DNA from: the human T2T-CHM13v2.0 reference genome, Homo sapiens
Assembly (NCBI RefSeq): GCF_009914755.1
Contig: NC_060939.1
DNA length: 64,000 nucleotides
Strand: one strand, 5' to 3'
Shown: piece after piece, positions 16,449 through 30,600 of the stretch
How positions within the stretch are numbered: the stretch's first letter is position 1
How the letters are laid out: every line of letters starts with the position of its first letter
Notes under the pieces: generated by a model
Database searches by the model: none
Told to the model about the DNA's origin: nothing
Seen by the model: the letters and a program-made list of their open reading frames with translations, nothing else
Made by a program: the position numbers and the translations under genes

Positions 16449-17258
16449 TGTATTCGTTGTCTATGACTGCATAACAAATTATTCTAAAACCTAGTGGCTT
16501 AAAAACAGCAATAAATATTTATTATCTTAAAACGTTTCTATAGGTCAGGAATTGAGAAGTGGCTTGGCTGGGTGGTTCTGGTTCAGTGTCTGTCATGGGG
16601 TTGCAGTCAGGTTGGCTGGTGCTGGAGGATGGACTTCCAAAGTAGCTCACTCCCTGGTGCTGGCTGTGGGCAGGAGGCCTTAGTTCTCTCCACATGGGCC
16701 TCTCCACAAGGCTGCTTGAGTGTCCTCCTGACACGGTGACTGGCCTTCCTCAAGGCAGCCAATCACAGAGGCCAGGTGGTGGCCAGGCATGGTGGCTCAC
16801 ACCTGTAATCCCAGCACCTAAAAGGCTTAGGTGGGGGGATCACTTGAGCCCAGGAGTTCAAGACCAACCTGGATAACATGGCAAAACTCAGTCTCAACTA
16901 AAACTCCAAAAATTAGTTGGGTGTGGTAACACACACCTGTAGTCCCAGCTACTCAGGAGGCTGAGGTGGGAGGATCACCTGAGCCTGGGAGGTTGAGGCT
17001 GCAGTGAGCTGTGACTGTGCCACTCCACTCCAACCTGGTTGTTGGAGTGAGACCCTGTCTTAAAAAAAAAAAAAAAAAAAAAAAGATCGTAGTCTTCTAA
17101 TCCTTAACCTCATCTTGAAAGTTATGAAGTGCTTACTGTCATCATTCTCTATTGGTTACACAGACTAGTGCAGATTCAGTATGTGAGGAGACCACCCAAA
17201 AGCATGGATACTAGAAGGCGCCAATCGCAGGGGGCCATTTCAGAAGCTGACTACCACA
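16449..17258 (-). mobile_element. MLT1F-like LTR interrupted by an AluJ
   Basis: tgtattcgttgtctatgactgcataacaaatta...gggcctctccacaaggctgcttgagtgtcctc...ctaccaca. Confidence 0.8.
16781..17084 (+). mobile_element. AluJ
   Basis: gatcacttgagcccaggag and gaggctgcagtgagctgtga J diagnostics; A tail. Confidence 0.92.
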
Positions 17259-18001
17259 ACCAAGGATTAAAGGTCATGAAGAGAACATAGAAATCTCATG
17301 TTCGCCTGTGTCCAGCCTTGCAGGAGGAAGTCTAGGAACTAGACACATGGTAGCAGCTTAGAAAAGGAGAAAGAAGGAGCTTAAGCCAGTGAGGCCAACT
17401 GAAAAGAAACTGGGATTGTTCAGAGAGCCAGTGGGGGCAGGTAGAAAAGCCTGTTCCATTCTCTCAGGTTCCCTGAAAACTGGTTGAAGAGCTGCAGGGG
17501 GGTTTGGGTTCCAGGTAGTCATCTTGAGCTTAAAGCTGTGGGTGCCAGAGCAGATCCTTATCATTAACTTGAGTGGGTGTCCCGAGGTGGCAAGACACAA
17601 GCTTATTGATAGGAAGAAAGATAAAGGATGAAGCAGCAAAAATCAAGGGCTGCCTATATATTCCTTTGGCAGAACACCAGAGTAATGCAATGATCTGACT
17701 CTTAGAAACAGACACAGAGTTGTTTTTCTCATAAGGAATGTATTTATGGTAGCAACTTTAGAGAATGCAGATAAGCAAGAAGAAAGTATAAATAATCTGC
17801 AACCCCACTATTCAAAGAATGCTGCTACTATTATGGTTTCCATGTTTTCCAGTGATATAAATGTATCATTCTGTGTGTGTGTGTATTATTGTGTTTGTGT
17901 GCATGCATTTTACCAAAGTCGTGTTGCACCTCTGTAACTTGCTTTTCTCATGCGGCACTCATCTTCAGCATCTGTCTCTGTCGTGAGTGATTCTACTACA
18001 G

Positions 18002-18225
18002 CAGTGTTTCCCAACCCTCTCTTCATTACTGCTCCCATAGGAGCCTTTTGAATACCACCATGAAATGTTAATACCGCAGGTATACTCTGTATCTGTTTAT
18101 ATATTGGGGTCCTTTGGAAGGTAGCAAATAATTGTGATAGCTGTTTTTTGTGTTCTTTTTTTTTTTTAACCTCCCAACAACAAACGTTTGGCCCTTTGAC
18201 AACGCATGCACGATAGCGCCGTATA
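18002..18225. mobile_element. hAT-Charlie MITE remnant
   Basis: Starts CAGTGTTTCCCAACC; atgaaatgttaataccgcaggtatact motif. Confidence 0.5.
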
Positions 18226-18274
18226 CAGCTTTATAGTATTTCATTATATGAGTGTGCAATAATTTTTTAAAAAT

Positions 18275-19092
18275 ATTTTTTTATTTCAATAGCTTTTGGA
18301 GTACAAGTAGTTTTTGGTTACACAGATGAATTGTAGAGTGGTGAAGTCTGAGATTTGAGCCCACCCATCACCTGAGTAGTGTACATTGTACCCAATGTGT
18401 ACTTTTTTTCTTCCTTGCTCTCTCCCATCCTCCCCATTTTGAGTCTCCATAGTTGATTATATCACTCTGTATGCCTTTGTGTACACACAGTGTAGCTCCC
18501 ACTTATAAATGAAAACATACAGTATTTGGTTTTCCATTCCTGAGTTACTTCACTTGGAATAATGGCCTCCAGCTCCATCCAAGTTGCTGCAAAGACATTA
18601 TTTTGTTCCTCTTTTATGGCTGAGTACTATTCCGTGGTGTATATATACCACATTTTCTTTATCCAATCATTGGCCTATGGACACTTAGGTTAGTTCCATA
18701 GCTTTACAATCGTGAATTGTGCTGCAATAAAACATACATGTGCAGGTGTCTTTTTGATATAATGACTTCTTTTCCTTTGGGTAGATACCCCTTGGTAGGA
18801 TTGCTGGATGGAATGGTAGATCTACTTTTAGTTATTTAAGAAATCTCCAGACTGTTTCCCATAGAGGTTGTACTAATTTACATTCTCACCAGCTGTGTAT
18901 AAGTGTTCCCTTTTCACCACATCCACGCCAATACCTATTGTTTTCTGACTTTTTAATGGCCATTCTTGCAGGAGTAAGTAGGTATCTCATTGTGGTTTTC
19001 ATTTGCATTGCCCTGATGATTAGTGATGTAGAGCATTTTTTCATGTTTGTCGGCCATTTGTATATCTTCTTTAAAGAAATATCTATTCACAT
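18275..19092 (-). mobile_element. L1PB/L1MA 3' fragment
   Basis: ttatttcaatagcttttggagtacaagtagtttttggttaca...ctccagctccatccaagttgctgcaaagac. Confidence 0.9.
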
Positions 19093-20094
19093 AATTTGCT
19101 CTGAGTGTATAATTTATATAACCAACCCTTCTTGCTGAAGATGTGGGTTATGTATAGATTTGACTTGTCATGCCCAATGTTGCAAGAAACTCCTCATACA
19201 TGTACAGGAATCATATCTCTCATCCAGAAAAATGAGACTGTTATCTGTAACCTCCAGTATGCTATCCTCCTTTTCCTTCCATTGCAAGACCATCAGCTTT
19301 CTCTTTATTCCTCAGTTCAACAGTCTCTGAGTACTTACCCAGTGCCAACCAGTCCTGAAGCTGACACTGGTGATAGAGAGATGGCCAAGAAACTGATTTT
19401 GTCTGCATGTATGTAGAGCTGACAGCCCAGTGGAAGGAAGGAGGCAAGTGTGGGGATGAAAAGGATGCAAGGAACCTGGATACCAGAAATGTCCAGCTAA
19501 TGTTCTAAGGGAGTTCAAAACTGGGATATGTCACAGTCACAGTCCTCCCTGGAATTCAAGTCAGAGTACAAGGTTACATGATTTGTGATTATTGCAAACC
19601 TCAATTTCCACATTTGTGCAATGGACTGTCAGTACTGACTGCTTAGGAATTTTTTTTCGAACCTCTTGTGATTGAGGCTCAGCTATTGAAATGCCAAGCC
19701 CAGGTCAGAGATTAGTCAGAGGAAATGCTAAATTAGAGCCCATTTGACTTTTATGTATGACACTAATTAAACAATAACAAAAAAACTCCAAGAACTCTAG
19801 ATAGTTTGTCCAGGGGACACCTATAGGTTATGATAACATCAAAACCAGAACCAAAAAAGCCCAAATATTTTTCCTGGGAACTTTTTTTTCCTCACCCCTG
19901 AGTAATTCTAATAATATGCATGTAAAATACATTATGGGAAATCCTCTAACAATTTCCACCTCTGTGATAAATGTTGCATTCGAGTAGAGCAAGAACATCT
20001 ACTTAATAATTCCATATAACTATTCTGCAAAGCTGCCAGGAGCAGAATTTAGTCAGTTGGGTATAGCACGAAGTAGATGGCGTGAGAGAAAGAA

Positions 20095-20300
20095 AGAAAT
20101 GGTTTGAACCCAGACTTGGCCACTAATGTGACCTAGAACAAGTGATTTAACCCTCCAAGCTTTGGTTTCCTCGTTCACAATGTGGAGATAAAAAATGATA
20201 CATACTCTACAGGGTAGTTGTGAGGGGTCAATGAGTAAACTACATGTCAAGGGCTTAATGTCAGTAACAACCAGAGTGTTGCTGGTCCAGAGTGAACACT
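20095..20300 (+). mobile_element. MIR
   Basis: tgtgacctagaacaagtgatttaaccctc...ggtagttgtgagg. Confidence 0.7.
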
Positions 20301-20307
20301 CAGAAAA

Positions 20308-20359
20308 TGGTGGTGGTGATGATGATAGTGGTGGTGATGATAATGGTGATAGTGGTGGT
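20308..20359. repeat. Degenerate (TGG/TGA)n trinucleotide repeat
   Basis: tggtggtggtgatgatgatagtggtggtgatgataatggtgatagtggtggt. Confidence 0.85.
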
Positions 20360-21163
<804 letters not shown>

Positions 21164-22419
21164 CCAGCTCAAACACTCCAATAGACCACTTCATTCCATT
21201 CCTTCTTTTAATTGTTCATGGTGGCCTTTTCTCCCCTGTGAAATACATAAATTCCCATAGTTATGGAGGGGCTCACACTGTCCTGCCACCGGCCTACAGT
21301 TTCAAACAGCTCCTGTCAGCTAAACCTTAGCCGCCTTCCACCAGGTTCTGGAACCTCCCTTGGGAAGCCTTCCCTGACTGACCTGACCCACCTAGAACTT
21401 CCTTTCTTGGGACTCCCTGAACCACACACTTTATAAAACCAATTCACTAATGCCTTATTATGTTTTAATATGTATAATATTTATTTTGTCTATGAAAGTT
21501 TCATTGCGTTTGTCTTCCTAATAAGTTAAAGCTCTAAGAAGTCAAGAATTCTGTTTTATTTACTTTTTGAATGCCATTTCCTTTCTTTTAGAAACCCCCA
21601 TTCCCTTCTTGTCACCCCCCACCCACTGTGGAAAAAAAAATTGTTTAAAGCACAATGCTGAATGTATATGGCATTCAATGCATAAAGCTGTATTTGGATT
21701 TCTTTTTTATAAATCTTGATTTTTCTCTTGCCCCTTTTGCTTCACCCTACTCCCCATATCATGTGCCTTCAAATATACACAAACACAACCTTTTGTATTT
21801 ATATATAGTGACCTGCTTGCAAAAATAAATGTGTTAACAATGTAGGGCCTAGGACACCTGATACCATTTGAGCCTCAGAATGTATTAATTCAGCCGGGTC
21901 TGTGCAAGAATGGTGATTTTTCAATTAAACATACTGTAGCAATGATGGCCTCTTTTCCCACAAACTTACTAAGGTAAGGAATGGGACAAAAGTAAAGCCA
22001 CCTTCTTTCCTCCATTACAATAGGCCGTGTCCTCCTTTCTCAAACCTTGGCTCAGAGGCGAGGCTTGTAGTTCACTGCTGCATTCTGCTGGGAGAACCAT
22101 GGTGACCCTCTGGGTCATGGTCCCGACTGGGACACCGTATTTTCGTGCTTCTTGTTTTTATTGTTCCTCTATTTCTTTTTCTTTTGAGTCCAATCTTCAG
22201 TCAAGCCTTCCGTGTGAATGATAGTGGCCACTTGGGGATCTCCATCTGCATTTTATTGTATGGCCACGCAAAACCTTTTATCTAATTCCTAGAAGACATC
22301 GATTGCTGCATAGCTTGGTGGGTGAAGAATGGAAAAGCACAATCTCACTTTATTTTGCTGGTGGCTTTGCCCTCCCTTTCCTACAAGCAGTCATTCAGGC
22401 CTAATGGTTCTGTTCCTCC

Positions 22420-22590
22420 TAATTATTCATTTGTTCATTCGTTCATTAATTCATTCAGTCTGCCATTCAATATATATTTATCAAGCATCCACTATGTTCC
22501 AGGTGCGATTCCAGGCTTCAGAGATAGAACAGTGAATCAAACTGATAATGCCCCCCTCTCCAGGAGCCAGCATTCTAGCGAGAGAGAATG
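22420..22590 (-). mobile_element. L2 3' end
   Basis: (ttca)n then tatttatcaagcatccactatgttccaggtgc. Confidence 0.75.
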
Positions 22591-23778
22591 ACTTGCTGAA
22601 TTGTTTCAGTTGGAACTTTTTTTAGACTCTGAACCTTGGAAAAAGTCCACTTTCCATGGGCTTATTAAATGTGCTGAATCAGACAGTTGGTGCTGTTTAC
22701 TAGAGATCAGGGTTCAACCAGCTTTAGCTGCATGACCCAGAACATTTGATTTTATGATTTACAAAATAAAAAGTTATGGCCCTCTGCAGATGTCCCATCT
22801 AATTTGCTCATTGTGTTCCTTAGAGGCAATGTGGTATTGTGAAAAAAGCAAGACCAAGCTTTGCGGTTCAAGTGGCCCGTGCTTGCTGGGCCTCAGTTTC
22901 CTGATCTGTAGAATGAGGCTGGATAAATCTAAGTTTCTCTCCAACTCTACAGTCTGATGGTTCTAGTACTACAAGATCAAGATTTTTTTCCTAAAGAGCC
23001 ATTTGTCTTATTTTAGCTTCAAGCCAAGCCAGGGCATCTGAGAAATACCAAGCCTCCGTTGTGATGTGTCGCCATGAAAATGTTGGCTGCCCTCTGGATG
23101 CAAGTCTGCTTGTGCTGTGCTGTGGCTCAGAGTTAAATTTAGATAAAAATCAGTTAGGAGCTAAGAATATTCCCAGCTTTCCTGACAGGTTGTATCCATC
23201 ATTATGGGAGGAAAAACAAGGAACTGGCTGCCTGGCGACAGGGAGCGGGCCAGGCTGAGTGTGAGGTCAGGCCTCGGCTGGAATCTCACGGACTTGAAAG
23301 GACAGAGACGTTTCCTGAGATGTCTGCGGCAGAATGTGGGAGGCTTCAGCCTGAGGAAAGTTCAAGTTGGAGAGAAAGGTTGCCAGACCTTTGAGTGACC
23401 CACACTGCTTATAACTTCTAGAAGGTTCTTTTAGGGAAACCTGCTTAGAATGAAACCCTGAAACGTCCTTTGCTGCCTCCTTAACAACTTGCATTAGAGA
23501 GTTTCTTCAGCCAAAAGGCGAATGTCTGTTGAGTGGAAAGGAGAGGACGGAGTCGATGTTGTCCCCTGTGAGATGTCATGTCTCAGGCAGTATGCTGGAC
23601 ATTCCCGAGACGCCAGCTCTGCTCAGGTGACTTGTGTGCCCTGCCCTTGTAAGCCTCGAATTACTCATCGTGAAATTGAGGTCAAGCCACTCACTCACAG
23701 ACAGGGCTGTGGTAACAATAAAATGAAGGGTGCTTAGCACATTGAAAATAACTCAGGCAGTGTTCCATTATTGCTATG

Positions 23779-24097
<319 letters not shown>

Positions 24098-24199
24098 CTA
24101 GTATTGTTTATTGTTGTGCCCTCCTGGGCCAAACGAGGAGGGGTGGGAGCTGCCCTGGGTGTGCCTATGAGGAGGGCCTTGTGGTCTTGTGGAGTCACT

Positions 24200-24650
24200 C
24201 AGATGTGCTTTCAATCTGAGCTCCCCCACTTCCTAGCTATAGGACCTTTGTTAAATTCATCTTTGAGTCTCAGTCCCCACTCCTCAGAAATGGGTATGAC
24301 ATGTACTTTCTAAAGCTATTCTAAGAATGGCATGCAGTTGTCATTAATTAAAACACGCAGCACACGGTAGGTATTCAACAAACATGGGGAATTGTGTATC
24401 ATCGTCAGTAGAGGATGCTCTCAAATTACACTAACTCTGCTAAAATCCAGGCCAGGATTGTGATTCGTTGGGAAGCCTTGGGGAAGTTGCTTCGCCATTC
24501 TGAACTTCAGTTTCTTCTTCTGTAAAATGGAAGTAATAACAATAGTATCAGCTTTCTATAGTTACTATGAGGATTAGATGACATAAGGCATGTAAATCCA
24601 TTAGCAGTGTCTGGCATGCAGTAAACCCCTCAATAACTGTTAGCGCTTTC
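24200..24650 (+). mobile_element. Two MIR relics
   Basis: ctgaacttcagtttcttcttctgtaaaatggaagtaataac...atgaggattagatga. Confidence 0.7.
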
Positions 24651-24793
24651 CTTCCTGCCCCTCTCAATTCTTCCAGGACCCAGGTGAAGAGAACAGTCCT
24701 ATGCTTTGTTCCTTCTGATGTACAATACTGTCATATAAACCCACTCATTTTTTTCTCACTTTCTCTCTCTGCCTCTGCTGCTGCTGTCACCAG

Positions 24794-24838
24794 TCCATCG
24801 CTCTGTTGGTTGCCAAGAGTAAGAGAGCGACTAGGTTG
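24794..24838 (+). other. Candidate 45-nt frame-preserving cassette exon
   Basis: 95-nt AG-free upstream zone, CU-rich tract, (tgc)n, cacCAG| ... TTG|GTAAGT; downstream ACTAAC. Confidence 0.55.
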
Positions 24839-25881
24839 GTAAGTAATTTCAAATAAAACAGACACCAGTCTACACACAGAGCAGAGGTTTGAGTGACATG
24901 GACACTAACCCGTTTACCGGGTGCCACTGGCGATCTGGCCTTGTCGAGGAAGGAGGGAGGCTGTGCTAATTTGCTCTCCCACCTGTGTGGCTCCCGGGTG
25001 TAGACAGAGCGTTGAGCTCATTTCTCCTGCGCTCCTCTCAGTGGCCTTTGGCTGGCAAAGCTGTTTGTCTCCCCTTCTAGTTTTCTGCTGCAGCCATTTG
25101 GACAGTGTTGATTAGTTTTCCTGAGGTGCTGTTTGGGCGTCTCCCCAGCCACCTAGGTACAGATGGAGTGTGTTTGGCTTGTGATGGTGACAGAGGGGCG
25201 GCTGCCCTTCCTCGTACTTCTTCTGGCATTGAAGAAGCAGCTCTGAAATCTCCAACTGGGATAGGCCAAGAAAATTTGGATGTGGATACATGAATGCCTG
25301 GTTTCCTCTGAAGGTAGTCAGGTCTCAGGCGGCCAAGATCACTGGGAAGAAATGTGACTTTGCATTTGAAGTTCTCATTTGGGGAGACTTGGAGTTATCA
25401 GTCTCAGCTGGCTCCAGCCCAGAACAGATTAACTTTTATGAAATGATTGTCTCCAAACACACTTACTAAATGCAAAAACCTGCTGTGGCTCCACAGGCAC
25501 CATGGGGCGGGGTGAGCTGCAGAGCTTCACTCTAGCTGGGATTGCTCTGCAGTCTGGCCCCCAGAGCATGGTGGGCCGGGAGGAGGAACCCCTGATTTAG
25601 ATGCTGAAAACCTAGGCTTTGCTCTTGGCCCACCACTAATGAGTTGTAGGACCTAGGGAAATGGAGAAAGGCATACTGCTTCACAGGGAACACCTCAGGG
25701 CCCATCTCCAGGACTTTTTGTGGAGGGAATGGGAGGCCTCTGTGGCATTTTGATTCACAAATAGCTAATATTGAATTACAATGCATTCCTTGCCCCCCCC
25801 TCCCCACCCCGTGACATTGGACTGCCTACTTGTCCCTTGAACTTCAGCTTTTTCATCTGTAATACAGACATGATAAAATTC

Positions 25882-26305
25882 TGTTTGTCAGCATCTTCCA
25901 GGAAGCAGACATCAAGACAGGACTGTACATTCAAGGATTTTATTAAAAGAAACAGGTTAGGAGAATGGTCAGATAGCAATGCAAGTCTGATCTCTACTGA
26001 AGGAAAGAAGAAGGGGCAGTTGTAGGGAAGGGTCCTAGATTGCCAAGGAGGGTCCACAATGCCATCAGGGAGTCCTGCAGCCAAACTCAGCTGTCAGAGG
26101 AGTCCCATGTCTCCCAGGAATAGGTTTGTCTCAGTACCCCTGCTGGGTTCCGCTATTGCCTCTGGAATCAGCCCATGAGAAGTGCAGTCTGGTGCCCACA
26201 CAGCTACAGTGATGGATTTCAGAGCACAGCAGCTGGAGCCGTTGGTCAATTTCATTGCCTGTAGTTGGAGGTCTGCGAAGAGCATTGATTCTCATGGGTA
26301 CCACA
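25882..26305 (-). mobile_element. LTR16-like ERVL solo LTR inserted into a MIR
   Basis: TG...CA ends; degenerate TSD aattc / aatac; MIR core continues on both sides. Confidence 0.7.
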
Positions 26306-26779
26306 AATACCTACACTGCCAGACGGCTATAAGGATAAGAGATGAATGTATGGTAAGTCTTACTTAAAGGATGATGTATGTGTGTACATGGGTACGTGTC
26401 TGTGTGTATATTCTTGGCTGTAAAATGCAGAAGGAGTAAACTAGACATGGAATCAGGAATCCTAGAAGGAGAAAAGGACTCTGCTCCTGGCCTTCAAATT
26501 TGCCCCTTAATTTAATCCTTCCCTTAACAGGGAAGTCAGGTACCCAAGGTCACAAAGTTAGACTGCAGCATGCCTCGGATTTGAACCCCGGTTGAAGTCT
26601 TGTGATGTTAACATTTTATGGCCCGATTGCTGTCACAGGCTTAAGATAGGGACCATTCAACCTGACAGCAGACGTCTCTCTCTCTCTTTTGCCATACCTA
26701 GAATTATGCCTGATATGCAGAGAGTACTCGCCAAATATTTGAGTGATGAATTCATTAACTGCAAGCTGAGCCCTTTAAA

Positions 26780-26870
26780 CAAGCTTGTCCAACCCGTGTC
26801 TTGTGGGCCACATGTGGCTCAAGACGGAATGTAAATTTGTAAACTTTCTTAAAACATTGAGATTTTTTTA

Positions 26871-26910
<40 letters not shown>

Positions 26911-27001
26911 TTCATCAGCTATTGTTAGTGTTAGTGTATTTTATGTGTGGCCCCAGACAATTCTTATTCCAGTGTGGCCCAGGGAAGATCGGACACCTCT
27001 G
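26780..27001 (-). mobile_element. MER30 (hAT-Charlie MITE) with expanded internal poly(T)
   Basis: caagcttgtccaacc...ggacacctctg; TSD cctttaaa / cctttaag. Confidence 0.9.
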
Positions 27002-30000
27002 CCTTTAAGCTTGGTATCTGGTCTAGCTCACCTAGACTCCATTTGGGTATTCCCCCCTTTTAGGCCTCCCTAATAGTGCTGTTCCTATGGGGAGGCTGGG
27101 ATGCTTAGGTGAGAAGGACATCTTCCCTTTTTGCTGCCCACGAGGTGGGGGCATAAAGAGCCACTTGTGGCTAGAAAAGCAGGTGCATTGCAGGCATTAG
27201 CAGCTCAGCCCAAGAGTGTGAGCTTCCTTTCTCTGGAGTCTCTAGGCTGAAAGGGTCTTGGGAGGGGCATTCTGAGTTTTGGCTTTCAGAGCAGGCATTT
27301 ATGGGGGAAGTGGGGAGTGGCAGAGTCAACCTAAAGCCCCCTTGTTACTGTCCTTGCAGTTGTTAAGCTCACTGTGGTCATAGAGAATTGCCCATGGAGA
27401 TTCCAAACAGATGTCTATTCTAGTTTCCCATTTCTGATATGTGGGCCTCTTAGACTTTAGCTTTCTCACCCTCAACATACTCTAATTTGGCTGAACCTTT
27501 GTTTTTTTTCTTGGCCAAGAGCCTTGTCATTCTGGCATCTATAATTTTGGAGATTTGAGTGGCTGGCAACTGATAGAGTGCAGAAAGGCAGTGATCTTAG
27601 GGGACATTCCCATGGCATCAGCATGGGCATTTTTTATTTTTCCAAAAATCGGCCAGACTGAGGGTACAAATGGTTGTGACTGTCGTTAAGGACTTATTGA
27701 AGTCTTGCTTCACACTTTACTCAAGGCTATTTCCCACTCAGTAAAGGCAGCGTCTGCATCAAACACCCAATGTTTAAGGTAGTACCAAGCAGACAACAAA
27801 CCTTTTTCTCTTACGGGGCTTAGTAGATGCTTATTGAAAATATATGAACTTTCGTTGACAAGATAATGCTACAGAAGGTTGTGGCTTCTTTCTTCCCTTT
27901 CTCAACCTCCCTCTGGTCTTTATCCTCAAATAACATTTTTGCCTGTTTCTTTTAAGCCAAATATGTGGAATTCAGAGATGAGTAAGACACAACCTCTGCC
28001 CTCAAGAAACTCACTGCCTCCCAGCCTGTTGTTTTAGTTTCGAGTTGAGTTGATGAAAGTATCTAAAGAAACATTGTTTTTAAGGTTTAGGATTCACATA
28101 TGGAGGACAGTGTGATAAGATACACCCAGCAAACCGGAAGCCAGAGCAGTATATCAGCAACCATAACAGTCATAAACTGAGAACTTACTTTGTTCTTTTC
28201 TGCAGAATAGCCAAGGCATATTTTTGTGGATCATTTTTCTTCATGATGCATAACATGAAACATAAGGGTAATCTCTTCTCACAAATGGGGAAACAGAGTT
28301 AAAGGACTTCTTCAAAATCCTAGCTTTGAAACCGACACTCGACTACCACAGAACCATTTCTCTAAGAGGTGGACATCGGCAGCTTTCTAGATGAACAGGT
28401 CACAGAAGAATTTGGGGATTCAGCATGAGAGTGTATATGAAGCCTTTGGTACATTTTCTGAGTGCTTACTAAACATCCAATACAGTCAGTAGCTCTCATT
28501 TTTATTTTTATCATTGTTCATGTCATTTTCTCATTCCCCAGCTCTGGGGGCAGTTGGTGCATGGCTGTCACCCAGGACCCATGGACAATCCCCAAGGGCC
28601 AAATAACGCTGAAATTGGCATTGACCAAGGCTGCGGCCAAATGCCAGCCCATCAAGGCAAATGAGTCAGTTTGCCAGTGTCTGACCCAAGCCTAGGAGAA
28701 GAAACAAACCAGCCTCCCTCTCTCTAGTTCTTTGAAAGTAAGCCCTTAGCCTGATATGTTTGTTGCAGGATAGACCTGTGGCCCTCATAGTGCTCAGAAC
28801 TGTCAGCAGAACTTCTTCACTGGAAGAAGGAAGATGCACATCTTTCATGGAGGTTGTGCTGTCTATCTGGGACAAAGGGGGAATCCGTTACAAAATCTGC
28901 TTCTTTTTGAAGCTGCACATTCAGAAACAGACTATGGCTAAGTGACACACTGGAGCAGATGGGCCAGGGCTGTGCTGGATTTGAAAAAGGCCCTCCTTCC
29001 TGAGCAGAATTAATGGAGCTCAGGTCTGGGGAGGGTGAGCGCACTCTTGGCAGGCAGCTGTCTTGTGTGACTTGTGCTGCACTCATCTGTGAAACATGTT
29101 GGATCTGAGAAATGAGTCTTGAATCCTGGGTCATGTTAGCATCAGAATCATCTTCTGTTAATTACATGAGACAATACATGTGAGGTGCTTAGAGCAGTGC
29201 CTGGAACACAGCTCACGTTCAGGAAATGCAAATACTTGTCAGCCCCAGCAACTTCTTCTGCTTTTAGTTGAGGGCTCTTTTCTTAAATCAGTATTGTGGG
29301 CTTTGAGATGGTATTTCAAGGAAACAGAATTTCCTACTCTGTTTAGGACTTGAACCAAGTACCCCCTAACCTCTCCCCAACCCCTCCCAACAAAAATGCA
29401 CAGATTTTATTTAATTTTTCTTTTCAGAATCTTTATCCCTTAGAACCTAGACTTCTAGAATGACAAATATATTTAATATGGTTTCACAGAGTTTGTCTGG
29501 ACCCCTTTTTGAGGAGAATTCTGGGGCTGATTTCAGACCCAGAGAAAAAGGATATAATGATTGATGAGTGATGTCTGTCACGGGTGCGAGAGAAGGGTGG
29601 GAGGTATGTGTGCCATGCTTTTACCATCTCTAACTAAATGAACTTCAAGGCCCAATTTCCTCGGTGAAGATGAATGCAAGGCTTATTTCCGAAGATGATG
29701 CCACTCTGGAGAGCAGCTGAGACCTCAACAGCTGTTTATCTTCCTGGTCATGTTTCTGGTTTCTGGCTGTTTCTTTTAACAAGGGGTCAGTAACTGAGGG
29801 CTTCTCCACATCTGCAGGGAGTTTCCTGCAGAATTAGGATGTGTAAAATAAACCCACAAAATCAAAGCCCCAAACAGATGCTGGAGATTATTTCACACTT
29901 GAGGTCATCCTTCTTGGAGAAGGGCATGGGGGTGGGTTGTCGGGGAATGATGTGGAAGGCCAAACCTGAGGGGCTGGACTGCAGCAGAACACAGTCAATG

Positions 30001-30198
30001 AAAAAAAGAATCTCAATCATTGGGGAGAGAACACCTCGGTGGATGGCCTTTCGCATTGCAATCCATTAGGAAGAGGAAATAAAGTGATGGAGGCCATCCC
30101 CTGCTCAGCCAGCACATGTGAGGCATGTTCACACACTGTCTCCCTCTCCCCACAAAATGCTCAAGCTTCTAGAATGTTTTTAATCAAGGGATTTAGGG

Positions 30199-30600
30199 CA
30201 GTGTTTTTCAACTTCTAGAATAAAAATGTTACAACCTTGGTCTGAGTGGTGAGGGCCCAAAGATACAGGGAAGGAAGTGGTAGATAACAAATACATTAAT
30301 ACCCTTTATTATGAGTTCATAATATTTTGTTAAATCTGAAATTCAGTTGTCATTTAAACAGAAGAGATTCAAATTCAAGTTATAGAAAAGTTAAAATTTC
30401 TAATTAGCAATATTTAAAGCAAGGAATTTTATACTTTATCATTTTAACTGTTAAGGGAAAAAAGTAATTTGAGTGTGATTGTTTTTCTTAAAGTTGAAGA
30501 TCAGTATCCAGAATGTTTGGAGTTATCACTGGTCATGAACTATATTCCACGTGGAACCATATCTGAGTTTGTTTTGAAGTACCACATGTTCAAATCACTG
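30199..30600. mobile_element. Probable hAT-Charlie element
   Basis: Imperfect terminal inverted repeats CAGTGTTTTTCAA ... TTCAAATCACTG around an AT-rich core. Confidence 0.4.

Noticed and set aside
22096-22121. Inverted repeat TGACCC-tct-GGGTCA (everted nuclear-receptor half-sites or hairpin)
   Set aside because: Too short to exceed chance and not a canonical response-element geometry.
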